Origin: Natronospirales bacterium
GTDB lineage: Bacteria; Pseudomonadota; Gammaproteobacteria; Natronospirales; JAIVGZ01
Length of the DNA stretch: 64,000 nt
NCBI GenBank assembly: GCA_020201335.1
Contig: JAIVGZ010000003.1
Span: forward strand, 1,781 to 65,780
Direction of reading: 5' to 3'
Shown: in pieces, positions 62,053 through 64,000 of the stretch
Numbering within the stretch: the first letter of the stretch is position 1
How the letters are laid out: each line of letters starts with the position of its first letter
Made by a program: the position numbers and the translations under genes
The notes under the pieces: generated by a model
Database searches by the model: none
What the model was told of the DNA's origin: nothing
Seen by the model: the letters and a program-made list of their open reading frames with translations, nothing else

Positions 62053-63984
62053 TCAGCTCGGGTTCGTGCAGTCACCCTGGATGCCCCACGGGCTGACCAA
62101 GTTTGGCGGCGTCGTGTTCGCCGCCGAGTCTGCGGCCAACATCGGCAAAACGAAGTCGAGCCGGCGTGTGCTTTCGGTTCCGGCGACTACAGCGGTCGCG
62201 GTCAGGCGTACCAGAGCCCACAACGCGTAGTTCTGCGGCCAGCGGATTGTGAATGACGCCACGCCGTCGGTGCTAATTTCGGCCGTGCTGGGGACCAATG
62301 CGACATTCGCAGGGTCAATCTGACCATTATTGTTGTAGTCGGTCGAAAGATTGATGTTGCCGGTGCCTTGCGGGTCCTCGGTGCGGCAGCCGTACGGGCC
62401 CTCGCCGAAGTACGGACCCATCCCGCCGAAGAATGGATCGGTTCCCGGGACCAAGTCGCCCGGGTCGATGACCCATGGGTCGGTGGGCGCCGCACGCGAG
62501 AAGAAGCCTTTCTGGTACTCGAGCGAGCGTAGGGACAGCCGGAATTGCGTGCCGGGCGGCGGCGGGTTGCCGGCGGAATCCAGGATCAACGCGTTGAAGG
62601 TTTTGTCGTAGGTCGCATCCGCGTTGTTCTTCACAACGAGGTTGTCGGTGCCGAGCACGATGAACAGTGTCGGCGCGGCGACCGTGATGAACGCGTCGTC
62701 GCTCGCGATGACCGGGTCGCCGACCTCGGCGATTACTCGTACGCCGTTCTGCGCGGACGAGGCCGTCGAAGCTACGTAAGTGGTGCGCGCGATACCCTGC
62801 GTGTCCGTGACGTCGGTAGAGGCGGTCAAACTGCCACCGGACACGTCTTCGAGCGCGAAGCGCACGACCTGATTCTTTACGGGGTTACTGTTGGCATCGC
62901 GGACGACAGTAATTACCGACGCCTGGCCACCCGGCGCGACCGTGCCCGGTTCGACCTGCGTGGAAATCGTCGTTGGCGTCGTTGCCACAAATTCGAACAG
63001 ATGCTTGCGCTGCACATTGTCCGGGCCGAGCGCCGTCACCAGCACCGGCCCGGCACCGTTCGCGCCGGCTGAAGTGAGCGTCACAGTTGCGCGTCCGCCG
63101 CCTGCAGTCACCTGGCTGTTTGCCGAAAGCGTGCCGCGCGTCGCGCTGAACTGGACTGTCTCGCCGTCAAGGGGGTTGCCGTCTTGCCGCAGTTCGACCT
63201 CCACCGTCACGACATCGCCGAGATTGACCTCGGCGCCCTCGGCGGGCTGGATGAAAACGAAGCCATACGGAGACACGAGCACCGGGCGCGCGGTCGACAT
63301 CTCCATCCCGGTGAAGGTCAGCGTGTCCGCGCCGCCCGCATTGCCGCTGACCTGGAAGGTCGTGACGCCGTCGACGTTGGTCACAGCCGATGCCGGTGTA
63401 ATCACATTTCCGTTCGCCGAGGTCGCATCGACCGTGACGTCGCGAAGGCCGACGCCGCTGGAATCACGCAGCGTTACGGTGAAGGTCTCAGTCTCACCAG
63501 ATTCAATCGACGGCGGGCCTGCGACCAGGAGCTGCGTACCGACGACGTCGATCGTAATGGAGGTCGTGATCGTACCGGACGCGGCGCTGACGGTAATCGT
63601 ACGGTTACGCGGGTCGCCGCCTGTGGTCAGGATTGCGCGGGCGCGGCCATTCGCGTCGGTGATCGGGTCGGCTACGGCGAGTGCGCCTGAATCGGCGGAA
63701 AACGTTAGCGAGGTTTCGGGAATGACGACGTTGTTCGCATCACGGGCAATTGCGGTGACCGTTACGCCAGCATCGTTGCCAATCGCGGCGGACGCCAGCA
63801 CGGGCGGGTCGACCAGCAGCAGGATCGAATTGACAACAGGAACCACTGGGTCGCCCGGGTCGCCACCACCATCGCCGCCGCCACCACCACCAGGCGGTCC
63901 CACGAATGCGTCGTCGCTGCCACACCCGCCGAGCGCGAACATTGCAAGCACGGCGGCAAGCCCAAGGCGCTGTCCCCAATTCAT
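62053..63984 (-). CDS. Large surface lipoprotein with repeated bacterial Ig-like (Big_1/invasin-type) domains
   Basis: Lipobox ALGGC and a Gly-rich linker. Several ~90-aa repeats of the type ..VTVTA.D..GNPV......F....G.L......TD..G.A... Confidence 0.7.
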   Translation of the reverse strand: MNWGQRLGLAAVLAMFALGGCGSDDAFVGPPGGGGGGDGGGDPGDPVVPVVNSILLLVDPPVLASAAIGNDAGVTVTAIARDANNVVIPETSLTFSADSGALAVADPITDANGRARAILTTGGDPRNRTITVSAASGTITTSITIDVVGTQLLVAGPPSIESGETETFTVTLRDSSGVGLRDVTVDATSANGNVITPASAVTNVDGVTTFQVSGNAGGADTLTFTGMEMSTARPVLVSPYGFVFIQPAEGAEVNLGDVVTVEVELRQDGNPLDGETVQFSATRGTLSANSQVTAGGGRATVTLTSAGANGAGPVLVTALGPDNVQRKHLFEFVATTPTTISTQVEPGTVAPGGQASVITVVRDANSNPVKNQVVRFALEDVSGGSLTASTDVTDTQGIARTTYVASTASSAQNGVRVIAEVGDPVIASDDAFITVAAPTLFIVLGTDNLVVKNNADATYDKTFNALILDSAGNPPPPGTQFRLSLRSLEYQKGFFSRAAPTDPWVIDPGDLVPGTDPFFGGMGPYFGEGPYGCRTEDPQGTGNINLSTDYNNNGQIDPANVALVPSTAEISTDGVASFTIRWPQNYALWALVRLTATAVVAGTESTRRLDFVLPMLAADSAANTTPPNLVSPWGIQGDCTNPS

Positions 63985-64000
63985 ATTGATTCCCCCATCC

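Overview
The window is a G+C-rich proteobacterial chromosome (gammaproteobacterial gene content, REP-type palindromes) with a central accessory island of visibly lower G+C at about 13.3-27.7 kb. No G+C values were computed.

The island is a sedentary chromosomal integron:
- A decayed intI remnant on the minus strand (13285-13454) and an attI junction (GTTAGCG at 13606).
- A co-oriented plus-strand cassette array with 12 complete and 3 truncated attC sites falling into at least four structural classes.
- A second attI-like junction in mid-array (18449).
- A distal block of five genes without attC sites (24.5-27.6 kb).

Cassette cargo:
- An Abi_C-type abortive-infection candidate.
- Three intact toxin-antitoxin pairs (ParE-like, HicAB, BrnTA) and one deleted toxin-antitoxin remnant.
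- ICMT-family, SnoaL-like, MAPEG, VOC and DUF2306 proteins, and a SAM methyltransferase.
- Several orphan membrane or unknown proteins next to attI.

The flanks are ordinary core genes:
- Upstream: M16 peptidase, wrbA and a hydroxyacid dehydrogenase.
- Downstream: an mgtE operon, MscS channels, the tesA-ybbA-ybbP cluster, fadD, hemE and pyrF.
- A stress-protein cluster (SOD, CsbD, PRC-barrel, BON, PLD, YqjD/E/K-like).
- A sortase with an LPATAG substrate.
- Two tandem pairs of Crp/Fnr-like regulators.

Throughout the window an unusual number of genes and attC sites carry internal deletions or frameshifts: M28 peptidase, ppc, intI, S41 peptidase, otsA-otsB fusion, ybbP, and three attC sites. 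This needs checking against raw reads.

All functional calls come from reading the supplied translations by eye. No database search was run.
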